NCBI GenBank assembly: GCA_965226055.1
Contig: CBDDCA010000005.1
Span: 256,001-320,000 of the forward strand
Direction of reading: 5' to 3'
DNA: 64,000 bases
Origin: Spirochaetia bacterium
GTDB taxonomy: Bacteria; Spirochaetota; Spirochaetia; WTKD01; G963693115
Under the pieces are notes generated by a model. It did not search any database. It was not told the origin of the DNA and worked only from the letters and a program-made list of their open reading frames with translations. Position numbers and translations under genes: made by a program. Positions 1-11,248 of this stretch are shown here, piece after piece. Numbering within the stretch: the stretch's first letter is position 1; every line of letters begins with the position of its first letter.

Positions 1-249
1 TTTGGAGAGAAAACAAATGTATCTATGGCTTTAGTACAAGACAAGGAAATAGATATAAAAGGAGTGCTTATGTATAAAAGAGAAGATTATATATCAGCAC
101 TTGATTTAATAGCACAAAAACGGGTTAATCTTGACGCCTTATTATTTAAGATTATTCCTTTTAAGGAATATCCAGATGTATATACACTTATCAATAATAA
201 TAAAGAAAAAGCCCTTAAAGTTCTTATAAAAATGGAGGATGTAATATGA
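1..249 (+). CDS. C-terminal fragment of a zinc-binding (MDR) alcohol/polyol dehydrogenase; runs off the left edge
   Basis: Frame is open from base 1 (FGEKTNVSMALVQDKEIDIKG...KALKVLI). It resembles the C-terminus of the next ORF and its stop overlaps that gene's start (ATGA). Confidence 0.7.
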   Translation, partial: FGEKTNVSMALVQDKEIDIKGVLMYKREDYISALDLIAQKRVNLDALLFKIIPFKEYPDVYTLINNNKEKALKVLIKMEDVI

Positions 250-1238
250 AATGTGTGAGTGTAGAATCAAAAGGAAAGGTACTTATAAAAAACATAGATA
301 TACCAACTCCAAAAGCAGATGAAGTACTTATACAAGTAAAAGCAAGTGGTATTTGTGGGACAGATATTCATATTATGGATGGTGATTATGTTGCGAACTA
401 CCCACTTATCATAGGTCATGAATTTTCAGGAAAAGTAGTAGAAATAGGATCGCAGTGTCAAAGGATTGCCGTTGGAGAACGAGTAGCAGTTGAGCCTAAT
501 ATTCCGTGTAATAACTGTGAATTTTGTCTCAATGATAAACATCATTTTTGTAGCAACATGGTCATCCCTGGAGCACTTATTCCCGGAGGTATGGCAGAAT
601 ATGTCTGTGTACCCGAAATAGGAGTATTTCCTATTAACTCTATTCCTTATGACGCAGCTGCTTTTATGGAACCGCTTTCCTGTGTCATTCATGGGGCAAG
701 CAGGCTTGCCATAAAGTCAGGAAGCCGTCTTCTTGTTATGGGAGCTGGCCCTAATGGCGTACTGCAAGGAAAAATAGCTTCATTACAAGGCATTACAGAA
801 ATAGATTATTTAGAAAAAAATCCTTTTCGTGCAAATGAAGTAAAAAAATATAATTGGGGAACTATTTTTTCTACTATAGAAGAAGTACCAAAACGTCACT
901 ACGATGCTGTAATAGAAGCAACAGGAGTAAATGCACTCGCTAGCTTTGCTTCTCAAGTAGTAAAACCTACAGGAAAAATACTTTTATTTGGAGTGCCATC
1001 TATGGGATCAAAAATAGAACTTGATGCATTTTCTCTATTCAAAAACGAACTGTCCTATATAGGAACATACACTTCAAAAAAAGATAGTTTACAAGCTCTG
1101 TCATTACTAGAAAAAAGCACACTCAATGTAGAAGAACTTATATCGCATCGTATTACCCTTGAACAAGTTCCTGAGTTCCTTCTTAAGCTAAAATCTCTTG
1201 AAGAAAATATCAAAAAAGTAATGGTTATAAACGATTAA
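246..1238 (+). CDS. Zn-dependent polyol/sugar-alcohol dehydrogenase (MDR family)
   Basis: GICGTD and GHE catalytic Zn motifs, CxxCxxCx7C structural Zn site, GAGPNG Rossmann motif. Confidence 0.92.
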   Translation: MKCVSVESKGKVLIKNIDIPTPKADEVLIQVKASGICGTDIHIMDGDYVANYPLIIGHEFSGKVVEIGSQCQRIAVGERVAVEPNIPCNNCEFCLNDKHHFCSNMVIPGALIPGGMAEYVCVPEIGVFPINSIPYDAAAFMEPLSCVIHGASRLAIKSGSRLLVMGAGPNGVLQGKIASLQGITEIDYLEKNPFRANEVKKYNWGTIFSTIEEVPKRHYDAVIEATGVNALASFASQVVKPTGKILLFGVPSMGSKIELDAFSLFKNELSYIGTYTSKKDSLQALSLLEKSTLNVEELISHRITLEQVPEFLLKLKSLEENIKKVMVIND

Positions 1239-1240
1239 AT

Positions 1241-2209
1241 ATGAAACAGTATATTGCAACCTTTGGTGAAATAGTAGTTGAAATTATGGCAACAAAAATA
1301 AACCAGAGTTTTCTTTCAGCGGGAACATTTACAGGCCCTTTTCCTAGCGGCGCACCAGCTATTTTTATCAACCAAGTAGCTCTTTTACAAGAGCCTACTC
1401 GTATGTATTCTTGTATTGGCGATGATAATTTTGGAACATGTGCTATCAATAGATTAGCTCAAAGTGGTGTCGATATATCCTGTATTAGTACTACGCAAGA
1501 ACGAGCAACAGGGGTAGCTTTTATACGATACAATACAGATGGAACACGAAATTTTATCTATCATATTGATACTGCTGCCTGTGGATTGCTCCATAAAGAT
1601 GCTGTACCTACAACATTTCTTGATAATGTTTCTTATCTGCATATTATGGGATCATCGTTATATAATCAAGCACTTATGGAGCTTGCGCTACAGTGTGTTG
1701 ATACCATAAAACAGGCAGGAGGAAAAATTTCTTTTGATGCAAATATTCGACCAGAGATTATTCGTGCCGACAAGAAAAAATTAGCATGTTTACGATATAT
1801 AGCAAGCAAAAGTGATGTGTATTTTGCAGGAGAAGATGAAAATCAATGGCTATTAGAAGATACACACACTATTCATGCACAATCTCATGAAGATTCCATT
1901 GTGCAGTTTCTCTATTCTTGTGGCGTTTCAACAATTATTATAAAAAGGGCAGAAAAAGGAGCTACTGTCTATTTTAATCATAATGAAAGAGTAGATAAAA
2001 AAGCTATGCCTATAACAAGTATTGACCCTACAGGAGCAGGCGATTGTTTTGCTGGTGCATTTATCGCTGCAATCAATAAAGGGATGACTATACAGGAGGC
2101 TCTTGACTATGCAATTATAGCAGGAGCTATGGCAGTGTCAAAACAAGGACCGATGGAAGGAGCTGTACATATTGATACCATAAAAAAATACTTGAAAAAA
2201 TTACAGTAA
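1241..2209 (+). CDS. PfkB-family sugar kinase (ketose/tagatose kinase-like)
   Basis: GPFPSGAPAIF, GDDNFG, FDANIR and the DPTGAGDCF PfkB signature; in an operon with polyol dehydrogenases. Confidence 0.9.
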   Translation: MKQYIATFGEIVVEIMATKINQSFLSAGTFTGPFPSGAPAIFINQVALLQEPTRMYSCIGDDNFGTCAINRLAQSGVDISCISTTQERATGVAFIRYNTDGTRNFIYHIDTAACGLLHKDAVPTTFLDNVSYLHIMGSSLYNQALMELALQCVDTIKQAGGKISFDANIRPEIIRADKKKLACLRYIASKSDVYFAGEDENQWLLEDTHTIHAQSHEDSIVQFLYSCGVSTIIIKRAEKGATVYFNHNERVDKKAMPITSIDPTGAGDCFAGAFIAAINKGMTIQEALDYAIIAGAMAVSKQGPMEGAVHIDTIKKYLKKLQ

Positions 2210-2342
2210 TTGGTATAAACTTTATCGCTAGCACTCTTTGGTAACGAATATCAGTTTTATCAAAACAAAATTCAAAGCTCTCATTTGCGTATGACTTAAA
2301 TGCTTTTTCAATACACTCTTTACCATAGTATTCTAGAGCCAT
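2127..2342 (-). CDS. Small hypothetical protein, possibly truncated; 3' part overlaps the pfkB-like gene
   Basis: Good RBS (GAAGGAG) just upstream of ATG 2342 and directly downstream of the 213-aa gene; no recognisable domain. Confidence 0.35.
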   Translation of the reverse strand: MALEYYGKECIEKAFKSYANESFEFCFDKTDIRYQRVLAIKFIPITVIFSSIFLWYQYVQLLPSVLVLTLP

Positions 2343-2360
2343 AGCTTCTCCTTCTACATA

Positions 2361-3002
2361 TTAGTGCTTTGCTATTTTAGCAAATCCTGCTCCTTTTGTG
2401 AAAGTAAAAGATTCTAATAAATCACTACTAGTATAATCCATACCAATTTCATTATTCAGAGAAAATAATTTGGGAGTAACTGCATATGCATTATTGCTTT
2501 TCTCTTCTTTTAAGGCTGTTATTGTTTCCTGTAGCCTCTTATTTTCTGCTTCAAGAGATTTTAATTTTTCTTGTATTCTTATTGTTCCTTTTAATTTATG
2601 AACAGCAGTCACTTGTTCAAGCAAAGCATATAATTGACGATACGGCTCTAATGAATGAGTACTTATTTCAACTATCATAGAAAGTTCATGAAAAGAATAT
2701 GACGATAAAAAATCATCAAGTAACACATGCAAATCCTTCTCTATATCTTCTTTTTTTTCAGATACACATGATACCCCTAAAGGTAACACCAATGTATAAA
2801 AATTTTCTGTATCATATTTCATGGCATAGCTTAAACAAGGAAAAGAAAATAAAAATTTCTTTTCTTCCCCTTCTATTTTCTTATCACAAAAAGAAGAACC
2901 AAAACCAATAATTTGTCTTATATCAAGCTCTTTACAGAGCTGTTTAATCCTTTTGTCAAAATAATCAGGGTGATTTTCCTTCTTAATATTTCTAGTAGCC
3001 AT
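2361..3002 (-). CDS. Hypothetical protein with a possible HicB-like segment and a coiled coil
   Basis: YAMKYDTENFYTLVLPLGVSCVSEKKEDIEKDLHVLLDDFL resembles the HicB beta-beta-beta-alpha motif; coiled coil QEKLKSLEAENKRLQETITALKEE; own promoter TTGACA-17-TACCAT. Confidence 0.55.
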   Translation of the reverse strand: MATRNIKKENHPDYFDKRIKQLCKELDIRQIIGFGSSFCDKKIEGEEKKFLFSFPCLSYAMKYDTENFYTLVLPLGVSCVSEKKEDIEKDLHVLLDDFLSSYSFHELSMIVEISTHSLEPYRQLYALLEQVTAVHKLKGTIRIQEKLKSLEAENKRLQETITALKEEKSNNAYAVTPKLFSLNNEIGMDYTSSDLLESFTFTKGAGFAKIAKH

Positions 3003-3008
3003 ATTATT

Positions 3009-3037
3009 ATGGTAATATATCCCAATAATAGTGTCAA
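3009..3037 (-). promoter_or_regulatory. Sigma70 promoter, probably leaderless
   Basis: Minus strand TTGACA (3037-3032), 17 nt, TACCAT (3014-3009), then 6 nt to ATG 3002. Confidence 0.6.
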
Positions 3038-3059
3038 ATATATATGTTTACCACAATTA

Positions 3060-4595
3060 CTACTTTTCCTGCTCAATATACTGTGATATACTGGATATGT
3101 TTGCTACTAATTCCTCAGCACTTGAAAGATACGGAGAGATAGTGCATGCTAACTTTGCATGAAGTAATGTTGCTATTGCTACCTGTTTCTGTATGCTTTC
3201 TGCATCAAGTCCAGTACTATGAAGATCTGTGTTGCTCACACAATATGCTAGATAACTTGCTACTAGTCCTGCAAGCACATCTCCACTTCCTGCTTTTGCA
3301 AGTGCAGCATGACGTCCATCTACAATAAGCGGAACTGCATCTTTGTATACTATTGCGGTAACTGATTGCTTTGCTATCACTACTGCATTATAGCGCATAG
3401 ATACTGTATGTGCTGATTGCCATAGATTAGCATGCTGAACAAAATCTGCATCAAGCATGCGCATTTCTCCTATATGAGGAGTAAGCACTAGTTTTGGAAT
3501 CTGCTGTTCTTTCACAGCATGTCTATGTGTGTATTGTGTCAATCGTTCTAAATACGATAGACCATCAGCATCAATAACAGTCAGTGCATGTTTATGTACT
3601 ATATCATCAATAAAAGAAATATCTCTCGTTGTTCCCCAACCAGGACCAATAAGTGCCACATGAGGAGAGGGAATATTTCTTATCGATAGCCCCGTAATCA
3701 CAGAAGGACAATACACACTCAGTCCCTGTGCTATATGCTCATCAACTATAGCGTATACCATACCAGCAAAAGACTGTGAAGCACTCCGTGCTGCCAAATA
3801 AGCAGCCCCAGGCGTCTCTTTGCTCCCTGCTGCTAACAACACTACTCCCCGAGATCGTTTATATGTATCACAAGACATTGCTGGCACAAGCAGAGAAATA
3901 TCACTCTCTTCTACTATATAAGCACTTGCTTTTGATGCATCTAACACTTGTTGAGGAAACCCTGGATTTTCCACAATGATAGTACCACACTGTGTGCGAT
4001 TATGCGGATAATACATTGCCATCTTTGCAAGACCAAAGCTCACTGTAATATCGGCCTGTATGACAAATGAAGATATTAATGATTGCTGCTTTCCTTCCCA
4101 TTGTTCTAATATACCACTGGGAATATCCACAGCCAGCTTTTTTGCGTTACTTTTATTCACACAAGAAACTACATCTTGGTATTGTAAAGGACGATTTATC
4201 CCTACCCCTGCTATACCATCTACTATCCAATCATGAGCATCAAGAGATGCAATCTGTCGTAACATTAGTTCCAGAGAAAGTATAGGACAATTAAGCGATA
4301 CTAACATATCATGTTGTATGCATGCAAGCCGACTTTTTGGCTTGCTTACAAAACTTACACTTATATCATATCCCTTATTAAAAAGAGTACGTGCAAGCAC
4401 CTGTGCGTCTCCCCCATTATTTCCACTCCCACATAACACACATATTTTTCTTTTCTTATTATCTAGCTCTTTCTCTAAAAGCCTTACCAGTATATTTCCT
4501 GCCTGTTCCATAAGTACTATATCAGGTATGGCATATTTTTCTTGACTAATACTGTCGATATTTTGAGCACTATGATATGATATTAGCTTTTGCAT
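3060..4595 (-). CDS. nnr: Bifunctional NAD(P)H-hydrate epimerase/dehydratase (YjeF/Nnr)
   Basis: CGSGNNGGD, VDIPSG, GPGWG, IDADGL, LTPHIGE and LAKAGSGDVLAG motifs. Confidence 0.95.
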   Translation of the reverse strand: MQKLISYHSAQNIDSISQEKYAIPDIVLMEQAGNILVRLLEKELDNKKRKICVLCGSGNNGGDAQVLARTLFNKGYDISVSFVSKPKSRLACIQHDMLVSLNCPILSLELMLRQIASLDAHDWIVDGIAGVGINRPLQYQDVVSCVNKSNAKKLAVDIPSGILEQWEGKQQSLISSFVIQADITVSFGLAKMAMYYPHNRTQCGTIIVENPGFPQQVLDASKASAYIVEESDISLLVPAMSCDTYKRSRGVVLLAAGSKETPGAAYLAARSASQSFAGMVYAIVDEHIAQGLSVYCPSVITGLSIRNIPSPHVALIGPGWGTTRDISFIDDIVHKHALTVIDADGLSYLERLTQYTHRHAVKEQQIPKLVLTPHIGEMRMLDADFVQHANLWQSAHTVSMRYNAVVIAKQSVTAIVYKDAVPLIVDGRHAALAKAGSGDVLAGLVASYLAYCVSNTDLHSTGLDAESIQKQVAIATLLHAKLACTISPYLSSAEELVANISSISQYIEQEK

Positions 4596-4604
4596 TCTAT
4601 TTCC

Positions 4605-5750
4605 TCACTGAGATATACTTGTTTTCCACCAGTACACACTTGCCTGATTTTCTTCCAGAAACAAGGCAGACAAAAAACCATCTTTTGATATATTATACTC
4701 TGCGAAAACAAATTCTATATCGGGTAAAACAGGAATAATTATATTTTCTATATTTCCTTTTTTGTCAAACACAAGTACATTTGGAGCATTGTTAGACAGA
4801 GTGGCATCTTCACCTACACCATAGCTAAAAAAAACAAGGCGTGATTTTTCATCCGCAAATTGTAACTCCAATGACTCTGTAGGAGAAAAAGAGAGTTTTA
4901 TATAATCAGTATACTCCCCTGTTTGTAAATCTAATGTATAAATAAGTGAATCGAAAAAATCTATACTTGTAGTCACTTCTGAATTACTCTCTTTTTCATA
5001 AGTATAATAATCAACTTGTACTAACAATGTGTCAACATTAAAAGAAGCCACTACTTTGTTGATAACGCCATATATATATTGATCTGAAGCATTGATTGCT
5101 AAAGGGTATTTTGGATACAAAGAAGAGGAAAAATATGTTCTATTTTCAAGCCTCCCATTATTATTGAATACATACATAACTTTCCCATTTTTTTCTGAAC
5201 TAAAAATGGCTATGGTATCTTCAATGAGTATATCAATGGCAAGTATAGAAAAAAAATCATAATTTTTCTGGCCTTCTCTCCCAATATGCAAAGTGTTTCC
5301 ATCGACAGAATATGCAAATAACTGAGAAAGTGCTTGTTCCGTGTCATTTATCGGAACATAAGAAGAAACATCATCGCTAGAGAGAGCATTTGCAAAAATA
5401 ATACGCTCATTACTATCAACTGCAAGTAAAGTAATGTTACCTATATCATTATTAAGTACGGTATTATCTATTGTATTCAACAATACTCCATTAGAAGAAA
5501 ATTTCATAATTCTATTTCCATTAGCAATAAAAAAAATGTTATTGTTCATAGTTATTGTACTAGGATTATATTGATAAAAATCTCTTCCCCAACTCTGAAA
5601 TTCTCCATCCAGTACTCCAATCGGCATAGAAAAAGCAAAATTTGCAGAATAAAATGTATTTTTTTGACAAGAAATAAATAGGATAATAACAATACAGATG
5701 CTACTCACTATACGAAATACATAAAAAAATCTCTTCATATACTTTTTCAT
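4605..5750 (-). CDS. Conserved spirochete lipoprotein (LIC_12708-like, beta-propeller-like)
   Basis: Signal peptide ending ILFISC lipobox, beta-rich body, C-terminal LSAL...VYWWKT; position next to secA recalled from other spirochetes. Confidence 0.65.
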   Translation of the reverse strand: MKKYMKRFFYVFRIVSSICIVIILFISCQKNTFYSANFAFSMPIGVLDGEFQSWGRDFYQYNPSTITMNNNIFFIANGNRIMKFSSNGVLLNTIDNTVLNNDIGNITLLAVDSNERIIFANALSSDDVSSYVPINDTEQALSQLFAYSVDGNTLHIGREGQKNYDFFSILAIDILIEDTIAIFSSEKNGKVMYVFNNNGRLENRTYFSSSLYPKYPLAINASDQYIYGVINKVVASFNVDTLLVQVDYYTYEKESNSEVTTSIDFFDSLIYTLDLQTGEYTDYIKLSFSPTESLELQFADEKSRLVFFSYGVGEDATLSNNAPNVLVFDKKGNIENIIIPVLPDIEFVFAEYNISKDGFLSALFLEENQASVYWWKTSISQ

Positions 5751-5761
5751 AATACCATATT

Positions 5762-5790
5762 TTGTAATAAATATACTATTAGAGTATAAT
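5762..5790 (+). promoter_or_regulatory. secA sigma70 promoter, probably leaderless
   Basis: TTGTAA (5762-67), 17 nt, TATAAT (5785-90), 7 nt, ATG 5798; no SD sequence. Confidence 0.6.
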
Positions 5791-5797
5791 AGTAGTA

Positions 5798-8518
5798 ATG
5801 TTTGGATTATTCAGTAAAAACAATGCAATTCCTCGAAAAAGTATGCAAGAAATACGCTCAATTTTTCACTATTTAGCAAAAATCAATACATTAGAATCAT
5901 GGGCGCGTTCATTAGCTCCTACACAGTTTCCAGAAGAGACACAAAAACTCATAGAGGCAATACAAAAAAAAGAAGAAACACTTGACTCAGTAATACCTAC
6001 TGCGTTTGCATTAGTACGTGAAGCAGCACGAAGAGTACTTGGAGAACGTATGTTTAATGTACAGATCCTTGGTGCAATTATTTTACATCAAGGACGTATA
6101 TCGGAAATGAAAACAGGAGAAGGCAAAACGCTTACTTGTACAGCTGCAGCATACTTAAATAGCCTGAGCAACAATCCTGTTCATATCGTAACTGTAAACG
6201 ATTATCTTGCTAAAAGAGATGCAGAATGGATGGAACCTATATTCTCTTTTTTAGGACGAACAGTAGGATACATTATCCCTAGTTTAGGACTAGACATTAA
6301 ACGAGAAATGTATAGCCGTGATATTGTCTATGCAACAAATAATGAACTTGGCTTTGATTATTTACGAGATAATTTACGAACTACAAAAGAAAAGCTCCTT
6401 GAACGAGGATACCATTATTGCATTATTGACGAAGTTGACTCTATTCTTATTGACGAGGCACGAACTCCATTGATTATATCAGGACAAGCAAGCGATGATA
6501 CCATTAAATTTAAGCATTCTAATAGCATTATAGGATATCTAAGCGAATGTAAAAAAGATCCGAAAACAAATGAATATCCAGAAGATGAACAATTAAGTGG
6601 AGATTACAAACTACAAGAAAAGAACAAGAGTATTTCTTTTACTACAGAAGGTATACAAAAAATTGAAAAACTTTTGAAACAACATAATTATATCAATGGA
6701 TCTTTACAGGATATTGAAAATTTTGAATACATACATTATGTAACTCAATCCTTAAAAGCACATAAATTATTTCATAAAGATGTTGACTATATTGTAAATG
6801 ATAATAAAGTAGAAATTGTTGATGAATTTACAGGACGTGTCTTAAGTGGGCGAAGATACTCTGATGGGCTTCATCAAGCCATAGAAGCAAAAGAAGGCAT
6901 TCGAGTAGCGTTACAAAATAAAACTCTTGCAGCAATTACATTTCAAAATTTCTTTAAGATGTATACAAAACTCTCAGGAATGACAGGAACTGCCGCTACA
7001 GAAGAAAAAGAATTCTTAAATATATATGGACTTGATGTAGTAGAGCTTCCTACAAACAAACCTGTTATTCGAGATGATAGACAAGATTTGATTTTTGTCA
7101 ATGAAAATGCAAAATTACAAGCAATTGTACATGAAATAGAACAAGTACATCAGACAGGACAACCTCTGTTAATAGGTACTGCATCTATAGAAAATTCCGA
7201 AAAATTAAGCCGCTTACTTGAAAAGAGGAAAATGAAACATAATGTGCTTAATGCGAAAAACCACGAACATGAAGCCTTCATTATTGCTGAAGCAGGAAGT
7301 ATTTCTGCTATAACTATTGCAACCAATATGGCAGGACGAGGAACTGATATAAAACTTGGGGGTAATCTTGATTATAAAATACAGAAAGCTATACAACCAG
7401 ATATGTCAGAACAAGAACAAGAATATACTAAAAGACAAGTGTATGAAGCATGGAAAAAAAGCTATCAACAAGTAACAGATTTAGGTGGATTATATGTACT
7501 AGGAACTGAACGTCATGAATCACGCAGAATAGATAACCAACTACGAGGAAGAAGTGGACGACAAGGCGATCCTGGAGTATCTCAGTTTTATCTTTCCTTA
7601 GATGATCAGTTATTACAATTATTTGGAAAAGGGATACATCATCTAAAAAATCTCATGGTAAAAACTATGGACGAATCTGAACCTCTTTTTCACCCTCTTA
7701 TTACTCGTACTATGCAACGAGCACAAAAAAATGTTGAAGATAGAAATTTTGAAATTAGAAAGCACTTACTTGACTTTGATTCTGTTCTTAATCAACAAAG
7801 AATTATTATATACAAAGAACGCGAGAAAATACTTTATAGTGAACATTTAATAGAACGCTTAAAAAAGAATATTGAGGCACTTTTAGAACCATATAAGAAC
7901 ACAGAAAAACAAGATTTACATACTGCAGTACAAGATATAAAAACAAATTTTTTAGTGCAGCAAGAGTTACATCACTATACTTCGGCACAAGACATTACAT
8001 CTGCCTTGTATAATGATATAGAACATAAAGAGAGTCTTGTTGGAAAACAATATTTTAATGAGCTAATAAAAACACTCTATTTACAGAACATTGATACACA
8101 GTGGCAAAATCATATCGCCAATTTAGATGAACTTCGCCAAGCTGTATATCTACGAAGTTATGCACAAAAAAATCCTCTTTTAGAATATAAACTTGAAGGA
8201 TCGAAAGCGTTTAATGCTATGTTTGAATCTATTTCTCAGACTATTTTACGAACCTTTTTAGGCATGCACATAAATGAGAAAGAAAATAACACTCCATTAA
8301 CAGTAGGACTTTCCCATAATACACAATTACACACACAACATCAAACTATGTCACTCTTTCAAGGACAATCAAACACATCTACTCAAACCTCTACAGCACA
8401 AAGAAAAAAACAATCAACGATAGCACAAGTAGTAAGAACAGAAAAAGTTGGACGAAACGAGCCTTGTCCTTGTGGAAGTGGTAAAAAATACAAACATTGT
8501 CATGGTGCAGCCAACTAA
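5798..8518 (+). CDS. secA: Preprotein translocase ATPase SecA
   Basis: MKTGEGKT Walker [29 protein letters not shown]-terminal SEC-C motif [13 protein letters not shown]. Confidence 0.99.
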   Translation: MFGLFSKNNAIPRKSMQEIRSIFHYLAKINTLESWARSLAPTQFPEETQKLIEAIQKKEETLDSVIPTAFALVREAARRVLGERMFNVQILGAIILHQGRISEMKTGEGKTLTCTAAAYLNSLSNNPVHIVTVNDYLAKRDAEWMEPIFSFLGRTVGYIIPSLGLDIKREMYSRDIVYATNNELGFDYLRDNLRTTKEKLLERGYHYCIIDEVDSILIDEARTPLIISGQASDDTIKFKHSNSIIGYLSECKKDPKTNEYPEDEQLSGDYKLQEKNKSISFTTEGIQKIEKLLKQHNYINGSLQDIENFEYIHYVTQSLKAHKLFHKDVDYIVNDNKVEIVDEFTGRVLSGRRYSDGLHQAIEAKEGIRVALQNKTLAAITFQNFFKMYTKLSGMTGTAATEEKEFLNIYGLDVVELPTNKPVIRDDRQDLIFVNENAKLQAIVHEIEQVHQTGQPLLIGTASIENSEKLSRLLEKRKMKHNVLNAKNHEHEAFIIAEAGSISAITIATNMAGRGTDIKLGGNLDYKIQKAIQPDMSEQEQEYTKRQVYEAWKKSYQQVTDLGGLYVLGTERHESRRIDNQLRGRSGRQGDPGVSQFYLSLDDQLLQLFGKGIHHLKNLMVKTMDESEPLFHPLITRTMQRAQKNVEDRNFEIRKHLLDFDSVLNQQRIIIYKEREKILYSEHLIERLKKNIEALLEPYKNTEKQDLHTAVQDIKTNFLVQQELHHYTSAQDITSALYNDIEHKESLVGKQYFNELIKTLYLQNIDTQWQNHIANLDELRQAVYLRSYAQKNPLLEYKLEGSKAFNAMFESISQTILRTFLGMHINEKENNTPLTVGLSHNTQLHTQHQTMSLFQGQSNTSTQTSTAQRKKQSTIAQVVRTEKVGRNEPCPCGSGKKYKHCHGAAN

Positions 8519-8661
8519 GGACTCAATACACTACCAATATACTAGAGTAACAGCACACTAAAACAGAACAAGATACACTGCCATTTTCCTCATATTTCTT
8601 ATATTTTACTATATATTATATCTCTTTTTTATATATATTTATACGATTTTATAAGAAACAT

Positions 8662-8690
8662 TGCAATTTTTTTTCAATAGTTGCGTATTA
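8662..8690 (+). promoter_or_regulatory. Candidate autoregulatory ECF promoter
   Basis: TGCAAT-N16-CGTA upstream of the ECF sigma gene; resembles the SigW-type TGAAAC-N16-CGTA consensus. Confidence 0.4.
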
Positions 8691-8729
8691 TATAGTAGAA
8701 GAAAACGGTACAGTAAAAACTGAAAATAC

Positions 8730-9305
8730 ATGGATAATAAAGACTATACAGACCAACAGCTTGTAAAAAAAGCATTAGAAAATGTAGATTTTTTTTCTAA
8801 CATAATTGAAAGGTATGAGAAAATGATGTTACGTTATATATATAGAATATCTTCCTTTCCAATAGAACAGTGTGAAGAAATACTACAAGACGCTTTCTTA
8901 AAAGTATGGAAATCATTAAACGAATATGATCCTTCGCTATCATTTAGTAGCTGGTTGTACCGTATAGTATATACAAGTACCATTTCATACTGGAGAAAAG
9001 AAAAAAAGCATTTACAAAATGTATTGTATAGCGAAATATCTATTGAAGATTATTCAAATATGAAAAATCTTGATGATGAAATTTTTAGAAAATTTGAAAA
9101 CGAACAGATTAAGCAAGCATTACAACAGCTTCCTATTGAATGGAGAGAAATATTAGTACTCCGTTACTGGGAAACAAAAAGCTATGAAGAAATATCTGAT
9201 ATTGTAAAAAAACCAAAAAGCACCGTAGCCACGCATATAAAAAGAGCAAAAGAAAAGCTAAAAAAAGCGTTACTCAAATTAAGGAGTGAACAACATGGAA
9301 CATAA
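8730..9305 (+). CDS. ECF RNA polymerase sigma factor
   Basis: Region 2 (EEILQDAFLKVWKSL...FSSWLYRI) and region 4 (REILVLRYWETKSYEEISDIV..PKSTVATHIKRAK). Confidence 0.93.
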   Translation: MDNKDYTDQQLVKKALENVDFFSNIIERYEKMMLRYIYRISSFPIEQCEEILQDAFLKVWKSLNEYDPSLSFSSWLYRIVYTSTISYWRKEKKHLQNVLYSEISIEDYSNMKNLDDEIFRKFENEQIKQALQQLPIEWREILVLRYWETKSYEEISDIVKKPKSTVATHIKRAKEKLKKALLKLRSEQHGT

Positions 9306-10278
9306 GAATAATAATACAAAAGAAAACAAAGCAACTACTTTACATGATACTACTGGAAATATCAAAAAAAAAGTAATAGAGCATATCAAAAAAGAGAACA
9401 TTAAACCACAACCAAAAGCATATTTTAAGATAAAGAATATTCTATTTTGGGTATTATTATCAGTTTCCATTATTATAGGAATACTAGCAACAGGCATGCT
9501 ATTTTATTTCAAAAAAACACTTGGGGATTATTTTTTTACCGACCTTAGGTTTCAAAATAAACTACGATTCCTTTCTATAAGTGTACCTATTTTCTGGATT
9601 ATATCTCTCATTCTATCCTTCTATGGAATCGTGAAAGGATATCGTAATACAAAAAATGGATATAAAATACCAAACTTTATCTTAATTATTCTCATAAGCT
9701 CTTTACTGTTAATCATAGGAACACACAATATTATTACTACACTACTAGAAAAAATTGATAGAGGATTTCATTTTTTACCAAGATACATGAAAATAAGAGC
9801 TCGTAACGAACAAAATTGGATGTCACCGCATAGAGGCCTTATTGCAGGAAGAATTATTAGTATTAACAAAGAAACAAATACTATTACAATTACTCTTCTA
9901 AACAAAGAACAATGGGACATACATATATCGGATATACAACATTTCTCAGACAAATTTCATCACTGTAGAAAACAGCCCGAAAAAAAACATCAGTTTTTTA
10001 CGCAGAAACAACAAAGAACACAGCAACACTGTAATACTACAAAAAAAGATACATACCATAGCGCTACTATTCTTGATATTCTTGCTACGATACTGATTGA
10101 TAAAGAGACAGTATTTATTCGTGCAGAAGGACAGGTGATAGGTGATTTACAGTTTAAGGCCGAAAAGCTATTTCCTGCATTTTATAATCAGCCTTATGAT
10201 CATCCTGACGATATTGGATTTTCTTGCCGTACAAAACCACATCCTCGAAACAAGGAACCTCCACTTTATTGTAACTAA
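9295..10278 (+). CDS. Putative membrane anti-sigma factor (3 TM helices plus a C-terminal soluble domain)
   Basis: Overlaps the ECF stop, RBS AAGGAG 8 nt before ATG 9295, three hydrophobic segments; anti-sigma role inferred from position. Confidence 0.6.
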   Translation: MEHKNNNTKENKATTLHDTTGNIKKKVIEHIKKENIKPQPKAYFKIKNILFWVLLSVSIIIGILATGMLFYFKKTLGDYFFTDLRFQNKLRFLSISVPIFWIISLILSFYGIVKGYRNTKNGYKIPNFILIILISSLLLIIGTHNIITTLLEKIDRGFHFLPRYMKIRARNEQNWMSPHRGLIAGRIISINKETNTITITLLNKEQWDIHISDIQHFSDKFHHCRKQPEKKHQFFTQKQQRTQQHCNTTKKDTYHSATILDILATILIDKETVFIRAEGQVIGDLQFKAEKLFPAFYNQPYDHPDDIGFSCRTKPHPRNKEPPLYCN

Positions 10279-10339
10279 CAAACAACATGATTTCATAGTA
10301 TAAAATAGAAAAAAATATAATAATAAAGGAGAAAAATAT

Positions 10340-11194
10340 ATGAACACTATAACAAAAACTATTTATTGTAATGTAATATTACTTACATTATTATTACTAG
10401 CAATACCTGCATTTGCTCAAGGCAATACAGAAGATACAGATCAAGAAAATAGTAAAAACTATCATAATACCACGAGAAATTCTTGTGGATACGGTGGTGA
10501 TAACGATAATTTCAGTTATGATAAGGATCCTGTAAGAAACAAATCGAAACAATCACGTTCCTATCAAAATCATAATAGAAATTCTTATGGAAAATATACA
10601 CATAGCGGTAATATCAATAGATTATTTTGGAACAAAAAAACAGAAAAAGCTCTTACTGCAAATGATCTACAAGAACAAGATACAAAAGTACTTGAAACTG
10701 TAGGAGCAGATATACAGCAGCTTGTTGCTCTCACTACTATTATGTCAGAAATTCAATCTGAAAACGAACATATGAGACAAGTATCAGGAATGAGAAACAC
10801 AAGAGATTTTCATAATAAAGTATTGCAAAACTTTAATATTGATGTACCTCAAGCTGTGTCTCCCAAAGATATACAAAACACCCTAGACACAACAAATACA
10901 ACCGCTCTCCATACATCACTTGTATCAACAGCATATTCAATAAGTAATACAATACAAGAATACTCTGATACAGATACAGTTACGACAGCACTGTTACCAT
11001 ACCTTTCTTTACTGCAACAAAAAGCACTACACTATATAAAACAAGAAATATATGCACTAGCGTTACAGAATGAGCAAGTATCACCAGAAATTACTCGCTT
11101 TGTTCAACAAGACACATTACTTGCATATGACAACACCATGCGCAGAAACAAATATTCTTCCAGATACAAAAAAAGATCTACAAATGCGTATTAA
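10340..11194 (+). CDS. Secreted hypothetical protein
   Basis: RBS AAGGAG; signal peptide ending PAFA|QG; low-complexity N/R/S region followed by a helical domain. Confidence 0.7.
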   Translation: MNTITKTIYCNVILLTLLLLAIPAFAQGNTEDTDQENSKNYHNTTRNSCGYGGDNDNFSYDKDPVRNKSKQSRSYQNHNRNSYGKYTHSGNINRLFWNKKTEKALTANDLQEQDTKVLETVGADIQQLVALTTIMSEIQSENEHMRQVSGMRNTRDFHNKVLQNFNIDVPQAVSPKDIQNTLDTTNTTALHTSLVSTAYSISNTIQEYSDTDTVTTALLPYLSLLQQKALHYIKQEIYALALQNEQVSPEITRFVQQDTLLAYDNTMRRNKYSSRYKKRSTNAY

Positions 11195-11248
11195 TGGTAT
11201 ACATACATAAACAATATGTAGTATAATATATATAATCATACACAACAC

